From the human T2T-CHM13v2.0 reference genome, Homo sapiens, in assembly GCF_009914755.1 (NCBI RefSeq), contig NC_060943.1: a stretch of DNA of 64,000 nucleotides. One strand, written 5' to 3'. Shown piece by piece: positions 1-15,293 of this stretch. Made by a program: the position numbers and the translations under genes. Within the stretch, counting starts at the first letter, position 1; each line of letters starts with the position of its first letter. The notes under the pieces are model-generated. The model had not been told where the DNA came from and ran no database searches. It worked only from the letters and a program-made list of their open reading frames with translations.

Positions 1-201
1 CCTGGGTTCAAGCAATTTTCTAGCCTCAGCCTCCTGCGTAGCTGGGATTACAGGCGCCTGCCACTTAATTTTTATATTTTTAGTAGAGACAGGGTTTCGC
101 CATATTGGCCAGGCTGGTCTCGATCTCCTGACCTCAGGTGCTTTGCCCACCTCAGCCTCCCAAAGTGCTGGGATCACAGGCGTGAGCCACAGTGCCCGGC
201 C
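1..201 (-). mobile_element. Alu (AluS-type), cut by window edge
   Basis: Reverse-complement Alu: CCTCAGCCTCC..GCTGGGATTACAGG..CCCAAAGTGCTGGGAT..GTGAGCCAC..CCCGGCC. Confidence 0.95.
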
Positions 202-857
202 AACAGCATGAATTTTTAGGACCCTGCAGGAGGAAACTGTCTGGGGCGCAGAAATGGGTTCATTTCCACCCAGGAAGCTCAGCTGCCCAGGAAGGTCACA
301 GAACTGCTCGTGCCTGCTAGACTGGGATAGGACAGAGCAGGGACAGAAGGTGAAGGGCAGATGCCTTGTGCATTTGGGAGGAGAACGGAGCTGAGAAGTA
401 GGCAGTGGTGGCCACTTTCAGCCACAGCTTCACCAGGCTCTAACATCAGGGGGCACAGGCCTGGTGACAGCCCCAGGACCTCACCACCTGGGTCAACTAC
501 CCCTTGGCAATCTTCTCTAGGCTTTGTGGTCTTTGTGTCACTCTGTCTCCTCTGTGGATTTTTCATTATGGGCGTAACAATTACTGGATTGATGCGTCGC
601 CTTTGAAAGCCTTGTTGGAAGCGTGTCGCTTTGGAGAAATGTGCTCAGGGGAAGCCTTGAACATGCATTATCCGCCCCCCAGGTAGGCAGGCCCCTGTCT
701 TGAGAGCACACAGGGCATCTTCTCACTCCTTAGATCTCCTGAGAGGTGCCTGGCGCTGGGGTGTTATCAACCATGGTGATGTGATGGGAGAGGCGCACCA
801 GGGAGTGCAGGGAAGAGCAGGCTGACTTCTGGCTCTACGAAGCTGGAGAACCCTGCT

Positions 858-1000
858 AGCATAGCACAAAGAGCGCCGGACTGGGTGCCAGGACAGCGGG
901 TCCCAGGCTTGACTCTAGCTGCGTGTCATTTGGCATTGCTTCCTCTCTCAGTGTCCTCATTTGCATAATTAGGAGACAGAATATTTTTCCAAGAGTTGCT
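858..1000 (+). mobile_element. MIR SINE fragment
   Basis: MIR core-like CTCTCTCAGTGTCCTCATTTGCATAAT. Confidence 0.6.
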
Positions 1001-1014
1001 CATTCATTCATTTA

Positions 1015-1898
<884 letters not shown>

Positions 1899-3389
1899 CT
1901 AATCTGGGCATTTGAGCTACAGGAGTGAACCAAAGAACCCTAGTGCAGGAGCAGGGGAGTGCTCAAAATAAAACTTGAAGCAGGGTGGTCTGGAGAGGCC
2001 CCATTGGAAGACTGTCTCTTAGCGACTTTCTTTTCCTTCAACCCAGCAAGGCCAGGCCTGTGGGTGAAGAGTTGTTCATTTACAAATAGACTAGGCCAAG
2101 AAAATCTTACCCTCTTTGCAAGTGAAGATCAATAACTCATGAATTCAAAACTAGGTTTGTGAACAATGATGCTTATGTTAATTTAATTTTATCAGTAGGT
2201 TTAATAATGTCTTATTAATTCAATAGAAGGCTTTTTAAAAAAAATAATGAAAAGCTGCATTTGAATTAGTCTTGAACCAAGCAGGGCGCTGACCTTGGTC
2301 TCCCCTGACGATCCACAAATAAGGCTTTTTTGTGGACGAGTCGTGCCTGCTCCCTGCCATGCATGGTTCTTTCCATCCCGCCCCACACTGGTTTCTGGCA
2401 TCTGGCTTCGCCTGTCTGATGCAATGCAGAGAAAGAGATCCAGAGGGAAACGTGGAAAGTGGGAGATGGGGTGGAATGTGTGGAGGGAGACTTACTCTCA
2501 AGGAAGCAGAAAGCAGCTTCTTCCCAGAATCTCTTTACAATTGGAGAGGCCCCATCAGCTGTGGGGAGGGAGGGCTGCTCACACCTGCCTGTGGGCAGCA
2601 GGTAGAATAAATTATTTCTAGAGGCTCTTTGAGCAACACTGGAGTGAAATTAGGCCACCTTCCACAATTCTAGGATCCTGCTGTCTACCCCCAGAGCCTG
2701 ATCAAAACATTACTCCACCAATCCCACCAGGTCTTCCAGGGCTGTGGGGAGAAATGTCTTTGTTCCGGATAACCAGAGCTGTGCTACGGCACCTCTGCAG
2801 GATGGGGTAGCTCAGAGTTGGGGACCCCAGCTTCCTCTCTCTGGCAGGGTTGGTCTCTGGTTAGACGTGCTACTAGGGAGCTAGGCCACGTGGACATCAC
2901 AGACAGGTGCAGGCATTTGGAGGAGAGGATCACAGCAGATTCCGGGAAGTTGGTGCCCTTGGGGCCTGGCCTGATCTTTCCTGTTAAGCTGTATTGTAGG
3001 CTGAGCACCAGCCAACTCCTTCTACTGCCCAAGAAGGGAAGGCTGGAGCCTTGGAAGTCTGCTCTAGATAGGCCTGCTGGATGTGAGAAGAAACCAGGCA
3101 GGATCTGAGGAAACCACTGGTGCTGGCTGCGGAGTCCAGAGCTGATCTCCTGAAGATTAAAAGTTATATCAGTAAGGAGAAAGTTGGAGAGCGGCCCTTT
3201 GGGCTCCAGAATCAGCTGAATTCAGGAGACAGGTTTTGGGAGGAAAGATCCTAAGCCTAGCTAACTCACTGCTCAGTCAATGGTGGAGAATGACTCATCA
3301 AGAGTCAAGATAATGAAAGGTGGTGGAGATAAAGAGGATGGTGATGGTGATGATGGTGGGAATAAAGATGAGGACACCATTCCTTTCCT

Positions 3390-4045
3390 CTGTATTCAAT
3401 TCCTTGCCACATGGGCCTACCCAACATCATGTGTTTTTTCATCAAAGCCAGCAAGGCAGAGAAGCAATAAAGTCAGCTAGCAAGATGGAAATTACAGTCT
3501 TTTGTAACCTAATTATGAAAGTGACACCACATCACATGTGCCATGTTCTTGCTTTTAGAAGCAAGTTACGAGTGGCCAGGCCAGCCCACATTCCAGAAGA
3601 GGGGACAACTCAAAGGCATGAATACGAGGACATAGGGATTATTGGAAGCTTCTATGGTTTGAATGTTTGTGTCCCTCCAAAATTCATGTTGAAACGTAAT
3701 CCTCAATGCAACAGTATTAAGAGATGGGTCTGTTAGGAGGTGATTAGGCTATGAGGGCTCCACTCTTAGGGTTGATATCAGCGTCCTATAAAGGGGCTTG
3801 AGGGGGCAAGTTAATCCCTTTCATCTCTTCCACCATCTGAGGATGCAGCAAAAAGTGCTACCTTGAAAACAGAGAGCCAGCCTTCCACAGACACCACATC
3901 TGCTGGCTCCTTGATCTTGGACTTCCCAGCCTCCAGAGCTGTGAGAAATAACTCTGTTGTTACAAATGACCCAGTCTAAGGTATATTGTTAAAGCAGCAC
4001 AGAACAGACTAGGACAGGAGGCAACTTAGTCTGTCCACTGCACTA
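3390..4045 (-). mobile_element. MLT1F-like MaLR LTR, interrupted at 3650-4016
   Basis: TTCCTTGCCACATGGGCC..CAAAGCCAGCAAGG..TTAGAAGCAAGT..GCCCACA resemble reverse MLT1F/G. Confidence 0.6.
3650..4016 (+). mobile_element. MLT1A/MST-type MaLR solo LTR
   Basis: Starts T(T)CTATGGTTTGAATGTTTGTGTCCCTCCAAAATTCATG; ends CAGAACAGACTAGGACA; TTGATCTTGGACTTCCCAGCCTCCAGA core. Confidence 0.85.
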
Positions 4046-4059
4046 ACCCTCTAGTCAAA

Positions 4060-4740
4060 TTCAGTGGTGTAAGGGACTCCAGATGAAATCAGCAGAGATG
4101 AACAGCCCAAACAACTCACAGAATGGTGAGAAAAAAAATGCTCTTTTCAGCTGCTAAATTTTGGGCTTTTTTGTTATACAGTCAGAGCTAAATGCAGTAT
4201 TTCAATTTTGTGTCAGAAATGGCATCCTGCTTTAACAAAAACCTAAAACGTGGCATGAACCTTGAGACTAACAAGCAGACAAAGGCTGAAAAAGCAGCTT
4301 CTGGAAAATGGCTGGTGGAGGCTGAAAGTTCCTACAGGAAGCTGGGGGGAGGATGACATTTGTGGTGTAATCATGGAGTACTGAATAGCCATGCCTGTGG
4401 TCAGTTCAAAGATAGAAATATACCTCATGAATTTGTAGATAGGGCTCAGGAGATATCCAGGCAGTATGCAGAATATATCAGTTGGCTTTTTATTTCTCAT
4501 ATGCATTTGATAAGATATAGAAAGAGGGGGATAAAGTGAAGAAGGGACTGCTGAATTTGAAAGCAGAATTTAGAAAAAATACAAAAGAACCAGGATTTTC
4601 TGCAGTGGAAAATAAAACTGTTGCTCAACTTCAGTGTTTTTCAACTAGAAAAATATGCTCTGAGTACATTAAAACCTGGGTGAACTTGGAAGGGTGCTAC
4701 CAGCAAAATATGCCCTCAGGGTCAAGATTAAATTAAGGGT
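4060..4740 (+). mobile_element. MLT1 LTR 3' end plus MLT1-internal segment
   Basis: LTR end (GCTAAATTTTGGG..TTGTTATACAG) followed by TAACAAAAACCTAAAACGTGGCA and AAAGAACCAGGATTTTCTGCAGTGGAAAATAAAACTG, typical of MLT1-int. Confidence 0.6.
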
Positions 4741-5231
4741 ATAGTAGGGAAGGTCAAATGCAAACTTCTGACACTGTCCCTTTGGTCAAGACAGTAAATA
4801 AGAAGCAATGCCACATTCCAGGTAAAATGTCAGGAAGCAGAGCTCCCCTCAAAGATTAAAAGATGCAATGGTTCCCCCTATATTCCTGAGTTTAATTCAC
4901 TAATACAGCCATTTAAGAACCAGAGGATACATCAGGAACACAGATGGTCATGGTATATCAGAGAAGACTCCTGTGGTAAGCTTAAAGGCCCCTGCCTATA
5001 CCTAGGCCCTAATCTCTGTGAGTGTTGCCTTTGTATGGCAAAAGGAATTTGCAGATGTAATTAAGTTGAAGGTCTAGAGATAGGGAGACTATCACCAGTT
5101 ACCCAGGTAAACCCTGAATATAATCACTCATGTCCTACTAAGAAAGAGGCAGAGGGAGATTAGAATACAGAAAAAACATTGTAAGTTGGGCAAAGGACAT
5201 GGACACTTCTTAAAAGAAGATATACACACAC

Positions 5232-5540
5232 GGCCGGGCATGGTGGCTCACGCCTATAATCCCAACACTTTGGGAGGCCGAGGTGGGCGGATCGCGAGGT
5301 CAGGAGATTGAGACCAGCCTGGCTAACACGGTGAAACCCGGTCTCTACTAAAAATACAAAAAAATTAGCCAGGCATGGTGGCGGGTGCCTGTAGTCCCAG
5401 CTACTCAAGAGGCTGAGGCAGGAGAATGGTGTGAACCCGGGAGGCGAAGCTTTCAGTGAGCCGATATCGCGCCACTGCACTCCAGCCTGGGCGACAGAGC
5501 AAGACTCCGTCTCAAAAAAAAAAAAAAAAAAAAAAAAAAA
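5232..5540 (+). mobile_element. AluY
   Basis: Diagnostic CTGGCTAACACGGTGAAACC and GAATGGTGTGAACCCGGGAGG; pure A tail; TSD about AAGA(T/C)ATACAC. Confidence 0.92.
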
Positions 5541-6074
5541 GACATACACGCAGCCAACAAATGCATGAAAAGAAAAGGTACTCAACATCACTAATCATCA
5601 GGGAATCGCAAATTAAAACCACACTGAGATACCACGTTACATCAATCAAAATGGCTATTACTAAAAAGTCAAAAGACAAAAGATGGGGGTGTGGAGGTGG
5701 AGAAAAGGGAACACTTATATGTGTTGGTGTGAATGTAAATTAATTCAACCTCTATGGAAAACAGTATGGAGACTTCTCAAATAACTAAAAATTAAGTTAC
5801 TATTCCACCCAGCAATCCCGCTGCTGAGTATCTACCCAAAAGAAAAGAAAGCATTCTATTAAAAAGACATCTGCACTCAGATGTTTACTGCAGCACTATT
5901 CACAATAGCAAAGTCTTGGATCCAACCTAAGTGTCCACAAACGGTGGACTGGATAAAGAAAATGTGGTACATATACACTGTGGAATACTATGTAGCCAGA
6001 AAAACTAATAAAATCATGTCTTTTGCAGCAACATGAATGGAGTTGGAGGCCATTATCCTACATGAACTAACTCA

Positions 6075-6438
<364 letters not shown>

Positions 6439-6881
6439 ATTAAATGTTCTCACTTAAAAGTGGGAGCTAAACAATGGGCACACACAGACATAAAAATGCA
6501 GAGAATAGACACTGGAGACTCCTAAAGTGGGGAGGTTGGGAGGGGGAATGAGGGTGATGGGTGCATTAGAAGCTCACTTCCCTCCATTATGCATGTAATA
6601 TCCATGTAGCTAATAAGCACATGGACCCCCTTAAATCTAAAACTTAAAAAACAAACAAAAAAGGAATACAGAAGAAGAAGGAAATGATACAACTGAAGTC
6701 AACACTATGCTACTGCCTTTGAAGATGGAAGGGGCCCTTAGCCAAGGAGTGAAGCTCTAGACAGTGGAAAAGGCAAGAAAACTTATCCACTTTTAGCACT
6801 GCTAGAGGCAGCATAGCCCACTGTCACCATCATTTCGGTCCGAAGAAACTAATTTTGGATTTATGACCTCCCAAACTGTAA

Positions 6882-7193
<312 letters not shown>

Positions 7194-8004
7194 AAATGTG
7201 TGTTGTTTAACAAATTTATGTTAATTTGTTTCAGCAGCCATAGGAAATTAATACAACCACCCAAAACTTACCTAAGTGGTAGCCCCAATTATAGCAGCTG
7301 TAGCAGATATTGTATTTTTACTAGAATAGACCAACCCAACCTCTGACATAAATAACAGCTATTGGTCTAGTGAAAGCATCCGTTTCAATTCCTATCATCA
7401 AGACAGATGGAAGACATTTGCATTCATTTGAAAGGACAGCAGCAGACACTCACAGTGTTGGCAAACCTCTGGGTTAACGCTCCTGCTCTCTGTTGCAATA
7501 TAGTCCAGTTAGACCTGTCCTGTTGGCACTCCACGGAATATCCCACTAGTCCATAACATTGATGACACCATGGTAACTGAATCTAGGGGGTATAAAGTGG
7601 CAAGTACTGTGGCTACACCAGGGGGTGGGAGATAAACCGTTTGTAGATTCAAGGTGACTTGTGGAATGCTGGAAAGTGCTTCTCCCTTGCAACTCTTACT
7701 GCAAGATAAAGGTGCAACTCTTAATAAGTCTCTTACCTTTGGAAGCAGCACACACCACACTTGGGAACCTACATCGCTCCACTCATTAAATCACTCAGAA
7801 GGATGCTGCTTTTGAATGAAACCCAGAGCAAGAGATACCTCTAGAGCAGATTCAGGCTGCAATACAATCCCCACTGCCAGTGAGTCACATGACAGAGGAC
7901 TGGAGGTATCTGTAGCAATCAAGATGTGGTTGCATCTTAGGCAAGTCCTAACAGAAGAGTCTCAGAGAATAACCCTGGGGTTTTGCAGCAAGTCCGTGTC
8001 CTCT

Positions 8005-8396
8005 TGTGTTAGTCTGCTGGGGCTGCTATTACAAAATACCACAGACTGGGTATTAAACAACAAAACAACTAAGCATTAAACAACAAAATCGTATTTTTTC
8101 ACAAGTCTAGAAGTTAGTATTCCAAGATCAAGGTGCTGTCAGAACTGTTTTCTGGTGAGGCCTGTCTTCCTGGCTTGCAAACAGCTGCCTTCTTGCTGTG
8201 TTCTCACATGGGCTTTCCTCTGTGCTTCTGAGGAAACAGAGAGACCTCTCTCGTCTCTCTTCCTTTTCTTATAAGGACACTGGTCCTATTGGATAGGGCC
8301 CAACCTTATGACCTAATTTAACCTTAATGATCTCCAAACAGGTCACATAAGGTTTCAACATATAAATTTGAGGGGGACTCAATTCAGTCTATGACA
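8005..8396 (-). mobile_element. MLT1A-like MaLR solo LTR inserted in ERV pol
   Basis: TGTGTTAGTCTGCTGGGGCTGCTATTACAAAATACCACAGACTGGG..CCAAGATCAAGGTG..TTCAGTCTATGACA. Confidence 0.85.
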
Positions 8397-9360
8397 TATC
8401 TGCAACAGAAAATTATCTACAATTTAAAGCTCCTGGCATACTATTGGACCCTAACAGAGGCTGCACACCTGATCATAGGGCATCAAATTTCTTCCCAATA
8501 TGATTTGAGTTTTGCCTCCTGAGCTGGGTGTTGTCAGCCCACTAATTAATAAGGTTAGGCAGGTATAACATCATTTTATCATATAGTGGCAATAAAACGT
8601 TTGGGATTAGACTGAGTAGATCCAGAGGACACAAATAAATTAAACTACCACTTGGCCCAGACCCTCACATCCCCTATCTTTGCTGCACAGATGGGTCTTC
8701 CTCATTCCATATCTATGGCTTTATGAATGTTTACTACCACCAGCTGAAAAAGGAGGAAAAACATGTTTGGTCCACTGATAAGTTAGGACAATATGTTGTT
8801 ACAAGCCCAAAATGGACTGTTGCTACCCTTTAGTTGCATTTCAGAAGTAAAGAAGACTTCTCAGTGGCTAGGCTTAAGCAGTACACCTGGTTATTAGCTT
8901 GTATTAGAGTGAGAAATGACCTAAGATAAGAATATTCAGGACCTTTGGCTATTATGAATGGCTTTGCTGGTTGTTCAGGAACTTTGGATGGGGTTGGGGG
9001 GCTGCAAGAGGGGAAATGTCCCAGGATAAAGTATGCAGATGTATCTATGAGAGTGGCCTTGAGGTGTGAAGATAGTTCTATCACATGCTCATACCCACTG
9101 GAGAGCACAGATGACAGAGGAGGCACTGATCAACTAAGTAGCTTAGATGATCAATCTTTGCCCACTCCAGTGCCTGTAGGATGGGTCCATGAGCAGAGAA
9201 GCTACGGTGGCAGTGGGTGGCAGTGGTGCAGGTTATGTACAGTTCCAAGTGGGCTCTTGCTCATCAGGACTAATGCAGCCACTGTCATTATTGAAGATCT
9301 GATGGATGAGTACTAGATGCCAAGGTTGAGCCCTCCATGGGTACCAGCTCCAAAGAACAG

Positions 9361-10454
9361 TGTGCCAGTGGGTTCTCCAGAAAGAAGATGTCAAGATGGA
9401 GTCAGCAATACAAAAGAATTGTTGGGGGTAATGCCTGTGAAAGATAGAGGGAAGAGGGGGTAGACTAGGAAGGGCAAGCCTGCCAGATGTAAGGCAAACT
9501 TTCCCAGGAGGAGTGAGAAGGGAGGAGGGCTGGGTAGGACAAAATTCCATCTGAGACATGAGAAATAAAAATAAAATTCTAAGCCTCCACCCAACTGAAT
9601 AGTAAACCTCCTCTTGGTTAAAGGGACCCCAGAGTGACCTTGCAAACTGAATTCTCGACCATGACAGGAGGGAGGTCGGACACACCTCATTATGTCCCCT
9701 CCCTTGCTAACCACCACTACACCTTCTTCCCTAAGAACCAAACAGAAACCAGCCCTTTCAACAGACTCCACACTGGTATCAACCAACCACCTAATGCTGC
9801 CACTGTCTTTTGCAGTTTCAACACAACTGACCCGCATTTTTTTCCCAACAAGAGACCACTGATCATGGCATGGTTCTGGTGAGTCTATGGAGAATGCCCA
9901 GTTTTTGCGTCCTCTGCTTCACCTTTTAATGTCAGAGGGCTGAAAACTCCACCTTGGTTCATGCTAACACCATATTTTGTACATGGGACCCATGAAGGGG
10001 CATGAAGCTCCATTGAACATGTGCGCATTTCTCCTTTCATAAATATTCATGACTACTCCTATAGCTTATTAAATATGTATACTTAGCCATCCTGCTCAGC
10101 ATAGATGTCTGTTCCTTTTTCTTCTCCCTCCAAGGGTTGGTTTTTCATTTCTGATCAGAGGCTATGCTTCCTGGCCCGTCAGAATGACCACCCTGCAGGC
10201 TGCAACCCTTTATAAGAAATAAAGCTCTCTTTTCCAAATTTATGAACCTCATCATTCTTCAGGTGGCAGGTGCAACTCTAAGAATGTCTCTGCCAGCCCA
10301 AAGGGAAGTTCTGGCAGAAGGACTGATGGCTAGGAATGGTGCCTGGTTCCACTGCATGAGGAATCTTTGGTTTAGCTTGAAACCAGAGGTAAATTCTGAA
10401 GGCACCCATAGCTGGAGGCTACTGTCAGTTAACTGAGCTTCTATGACTGCCACA
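9361..10454 (-). mobile_element. LTR33-like ERVL solo LTR inserted in the integrase region
   Basis: TGTGCCAGTGGGTTCTCCAGAAAGAAGATG..GGGGGTAATGCCTGTGAAAG; resumes after 10268; pol continues on both sides. Confidence 0.6.
9559..10268 (+). mobile_element. MER39-like ERV1 solo LTR
   Basis: TGAGAAATAAAAATAAAATTCTAAGCC..GGGACCCCAGAG..AATAAAGCTCTC..CATTCTTCAG; about 710 bp with poly-A signal. Confidence 0.7.
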
Positions 10455-10693
10455 GTTACCAGCTAGCCATATGGTGGCAAGTGGACTCTATTGGGCACAT
10501 TGCCCCATGGAGGAAGCTGTGTTTCACCCTCACTTGGGACTGTTTCATATTCTTAAGAATAATTTGGCTTCTCTGCCGGAAGAGTCTCAGTGTCTGGTTG
10601 TTCAGAGAATCTCACATATCATTGGCTCCCACCAAGGGACCAAATTTACAATGAAAGAGTTTCCACAATGGCAGATAACCAAGGACTCCAATC

Positions 10694-10902
10694 CATGGTA
10701 TGTGCATTGGAGCCAGTTTGTATTGGCTTAGGAGAGTTGGCTGTTAAATATTCAAGAATTTTGAGAGGCAGTTGTGAAATCTCTGGGTGATTGAAATTGG
10801 CAATAGCGAAAGCATTTACATAACAAAACTTGGGCAATCTTTACAAATCGGACATCCCTCCCCCTTCCCCTACACACAAACCAGTTTACAAACACACCAC
10901 TG
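10694..10902. mobile_element. MER63-like hAT DNA transposon (MITE) inside integrase
   Basis: GGAGCCAGTTTGTATTGGCT..GTTAAATATTCAAGAATTTTG..CCAGTTTACAAACACACCACTG terminus. Confidence 0.65.
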
Positions 10903-12176
10903 AGACCACTGGTGCTAATACACTACATCACCCAGAGCTGCCAGCAGCCTGAGAAAATGCTGAAATGGCCACTTCAAGGACATGAGCATCAGATTAGGAA
11001 GAGTCCTTTGTGGGTTTAGGGGTGGTATTTTTCAAAATGCAATCTCTATTTGGAACCAAAGACTATGTATGGTACTGTGTCCACAATAGATAGGGCACAC
11101 TTGTCTGGGAACCAAGGAGTGAAAATAGGAGGAGACTCTGCTATTAAGTCAAATGGCCCACCTGGGGAATTTCTGCTGCCTGTCCCCAAAGCTTCAGGCT
11201 CTGCTGGGCTAGACACCCTGGAAGAAACACTGCCACCAGGGACACAGTATGGATTCCACTGAATCTGAAGCTGCAGCTGCTGGCTTGTCATTTGCAGTTC
11301 CTTACCTCAGTAAACCTGTAAGCAAAGAAAGGAGTTACCAGCCTGACAGGGTATTGGCCAAGCTTATCATGAATGACAGAGTTGCTGCTGTGTAGGGGAA
11401 GCCAGGAGGAGTTTTTGGAGCTCAGGGAACTTACTTGGGCAGCAAATCTTGATGATTCCTTGTTTGTTGATAACTGCTAATGGGTAACTTCAAAGCCATG
11501 GCTTGACAAAGGTATGAGAACCAAATGCCCAGATCCATCAGGCATGAAAGTCCAGGTGACCAGGCAAGCAGCCTATAGCATGCTGAATGCTGATAGATGG
11601 TGATAGGAGCATAGAAGTGGTGGCAAAGGAGTGAGATATTGAATAGGAAGCCCCAACCTCAGGAGCAACTGGCCCCAGCTATAGCTTGTCCCACAAAATT
11701 TCCTGTTGATGATTGACAAACTGTGATTGACCATGAAAAGAAGTTGTTATCAGGGTAAATTTAATGTGGGTCACAAGTGGACCTGAGGGGAAAAAGGATG
11801 GACCATGGTGAATGCTGTTGGTCTCCCATCCATATTCCTCCTAGCCATATCAGTGCAGTGAGCCAGCTGACTTCAAATTGCCAATACCTGTGTCTTTTTT
11901 CAGGAAGACTTTTTCCAAAGTCATATTGAAGCCAGTCTGCCTGCTTGTAGCACAGCCTAGAAATCCAAAAAATTAATATTCACCAGGACCAGCTCTCCAT
12001 TGATGATATAGCCCCCATGCTAAAAGGATAACCCTAAGACATAGGTTCTATATCATTTTCTAGGGGGTTCCCACAGGATTCAGCTCTAGTTAGCCACAGT
12101 TGGATCTGGCTTAGTAATGACCCTGCCACAACCATGGAAATAGAAGGGGATTCCTTTGTTTTAAGGTCTTTCTTTT

Positions 12177-12606
12177 CTCTTTCCCTTTCCCTTCCTTTCC
12201 TTTCCTTTCCTTTCCTTTCCTTTCCTTTCCTTTCCTTTCCTTTCCTTTCCTTTCCTTTCCTTTCTTTTCCTTTCCTTTCCTTTCCTTTCCTTTGTTTCTT
12301 TCTTTCTTTTCTTTTTTTTTTTTTTTTACAGAGTCTTTCTCTGTCGCCCAGGCTGCAGTGCAGTGGTGTGATCTCAGCTCACTGCAACCTCCGCCTCCCG
12401 GGTTCAAGCAGTTCTCCTACCTCAGCCTCCTGAGTAGCTGAGATTACAGGCATACACCACCACGCCTCGCTAATTTTTGTATTTTTAGTAGAGGAGGGGT
12501 TTCACTGTGTTGGTCAGTCTGGTCTCGAACTCCTGACCTCAGGTCATCCACCTGCCTTGGCCTCCCAAAATGCTGGGATTGCAGGCATGAGCCACTGCAC
12601 CCAGCC
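12177..12606 (-). mobile_element. AluS with (AAAGG)n-expanded tail
   Basis: Alu body about 12328-12606; approximate TSD AGGT(C)TTTCTTTT (12164-12176, 12607-12618) encloses the microsatellite. Confidence 0.9.
12194..12293. repeat. (CCTTT)~20 microsatellite
   Basis: About 100 bp of CCTTT units with one CTTTT interruption. Confidence 0.95.
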
Positions 12607-12789
12607 AGGTTTTCTTTTAACCTTACAGTCACTGTCTCACCTGTCTCATTTTCCCACTCCCCTATCAGTGTTTCAGATACCACCCAGATAAATAATTTGC
12701 ATTTTAATCCTTATAGCAGGATCCACTTCTAAGGGAAACCAAAACTAAGACAAGTGGATGCAATAAATATGGAGAAAGGCAGATTCCAA

Positions 12790-13370
<581 letters not shown>

Positions 13371-14384
13371 AAAAATTGGGTGTCACCATGGGACTTTCTA
13401 TGACCATTAACTGTGGTCAGAATAAGCTGCCCTCTGCCCCAGGCACTAACAATATTAAAGAGAGCGGCCGCTGCGTTGGCTTGGGCCCCAGAGGGAGGAC
13501 ACGTGGAGCAGTGCCCCGCCCTCCATGGACTTGGCCCACAGTGAAGAATAAGTCTTATTTTTGTAAGCCTCTGTGAATCTTAGATGTCGCTACAACGGCA
13601 GACACTGCATTACTCTTAACTGTTGCAGAAACCCCTGCTTATTAAAACAAGAGGGAAGAGGCAGGTGAGGAACATGATTTCAGTTAGGCTGAGGGGTCTG
13701 ATGTTGAGAAAATAAATGAGTTCACATGTAGCATTAGTCCAGAGGAAAAAAAAAACAGTATAAACACCATTTCCATTCCCCAAATCAGAGCGCTGGAAAA
13801 AGTCATCTAGCACTGTTTTTCCAGCTAGTATAACAGGAGTGTGACCTTTACCTGGACTGACATCCCAGGGTGTGTGTAATCAAATGTAAAAAATTCATTA
13901 TTGTGTCGACTCTTAATTGATTGTATAACAGAGAATGCAGGTCACACAGGAGCCCCAGAACCGTTTGGCTGGGATTTCCTCATGCGCTGGTTGTTTTGCT
14001 GCGGGTTTACTTTCTGCTTTCGTTTTTTTGTCTGCTCACATTAAAAGTCTTCATTACTCCTGACGGGCAGGTGGAGACAGGCAGGGAAGGAAGGTCTGGG
14101 TTAGGATTCTCCAGGCACGCCCACTGGCAGCTAATTGAAAGCCAGTTGCATCCTCTGAAAGACCTGAATGGCTGACTGCCTAGAGGGGTGGGATTCCCGC
14201 AACCCACTTCCCTATTCAGAGCATTCTTCCTGCACCTGCTCACTGAAGTCTGAAATTTGTTTACAGGAGACACAGACTTTTATTCCCAGATTAGAGCTTA
14301 GGCTTCCATTGCAAAAGTCCAGGGAGAAAGGTTGTGTCTCCTGTAAATGAGGAGGAGCAGCAGTGCGTATGGAGGAAGGAGGTG

Positions 14385-14830
14385 CACAAATCAGGCCGAA
14401 ACAGGAAAACAACTAAGTTTTTACAACAGGAGGAGTTTAATGCAGCTAAATGGTTACAGAAATCATGTAAACCCAGAGATTAGTAAGAAAAGAAAGACAC
14501 GACTTTCCCTGGGCCAGTGGGATCAAGGGAGGAGGCAGAGTTTGTGGGACCGAGGTCAGCCCTCTGAAACTCAGACCACAGGGACATCCCGTGCCAGAGC
14601 CAGAGCCACAGAAAAGACCAGCTGCTGCCAGAGAAGCTGCCCGAGACAGGGAGGAAGGGGAAGATACACCAGGCTTCTCGCATCCTGCAGTCTCCCCAGT
14701 GCATCTCATCGCTGTCCCCAACTGGAGGCAAAGGCGGAAGCCTGGGAAAAGCAGCCCATAGCAGTCAGATCCCTTGCTATGCAGAGCAGAGCAAAGGAAG
14801 GGCAACATATGAATCAGTGGGAAAACAGAC
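14385..14830 (-). mobile_element. LTR41/LTR40-like ERVL solo LTR
   Basis: CAGGAAAACAACTAAG..GAGTTTAATGCAG..GGTTACAG pattern; ends CAGAGCAGAGCAAAGGAAGGGC. Confidence 0.45.
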
Positions 14831-14953
14831 ACGGAAAGTGCAGCTCCCAGGACCTGGGGTGGCTGCCTAATGAAACACAATTCCTTCTGCCGCTGCACCC
14901 CTGCCATTCCCCATTTTTAGGAATGGCTGCTCCCTTCTGGCTTCCGCTCCTCA

Positions 14954-15282
<329 letters not shown>

Positions 15283-15293
15283 ATCCTATTACA

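Larger units (their letters stand above)
11804..12752 (+). mobile_element. LTR16-family 3' LTR of the ERV-L provirus (Alu inserted)
   Basis: Follows the purine tract; GGTGAATGCTGTTGG start; ends GGGAAACCAAAACTAAGACA. Confidence 0.7.
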
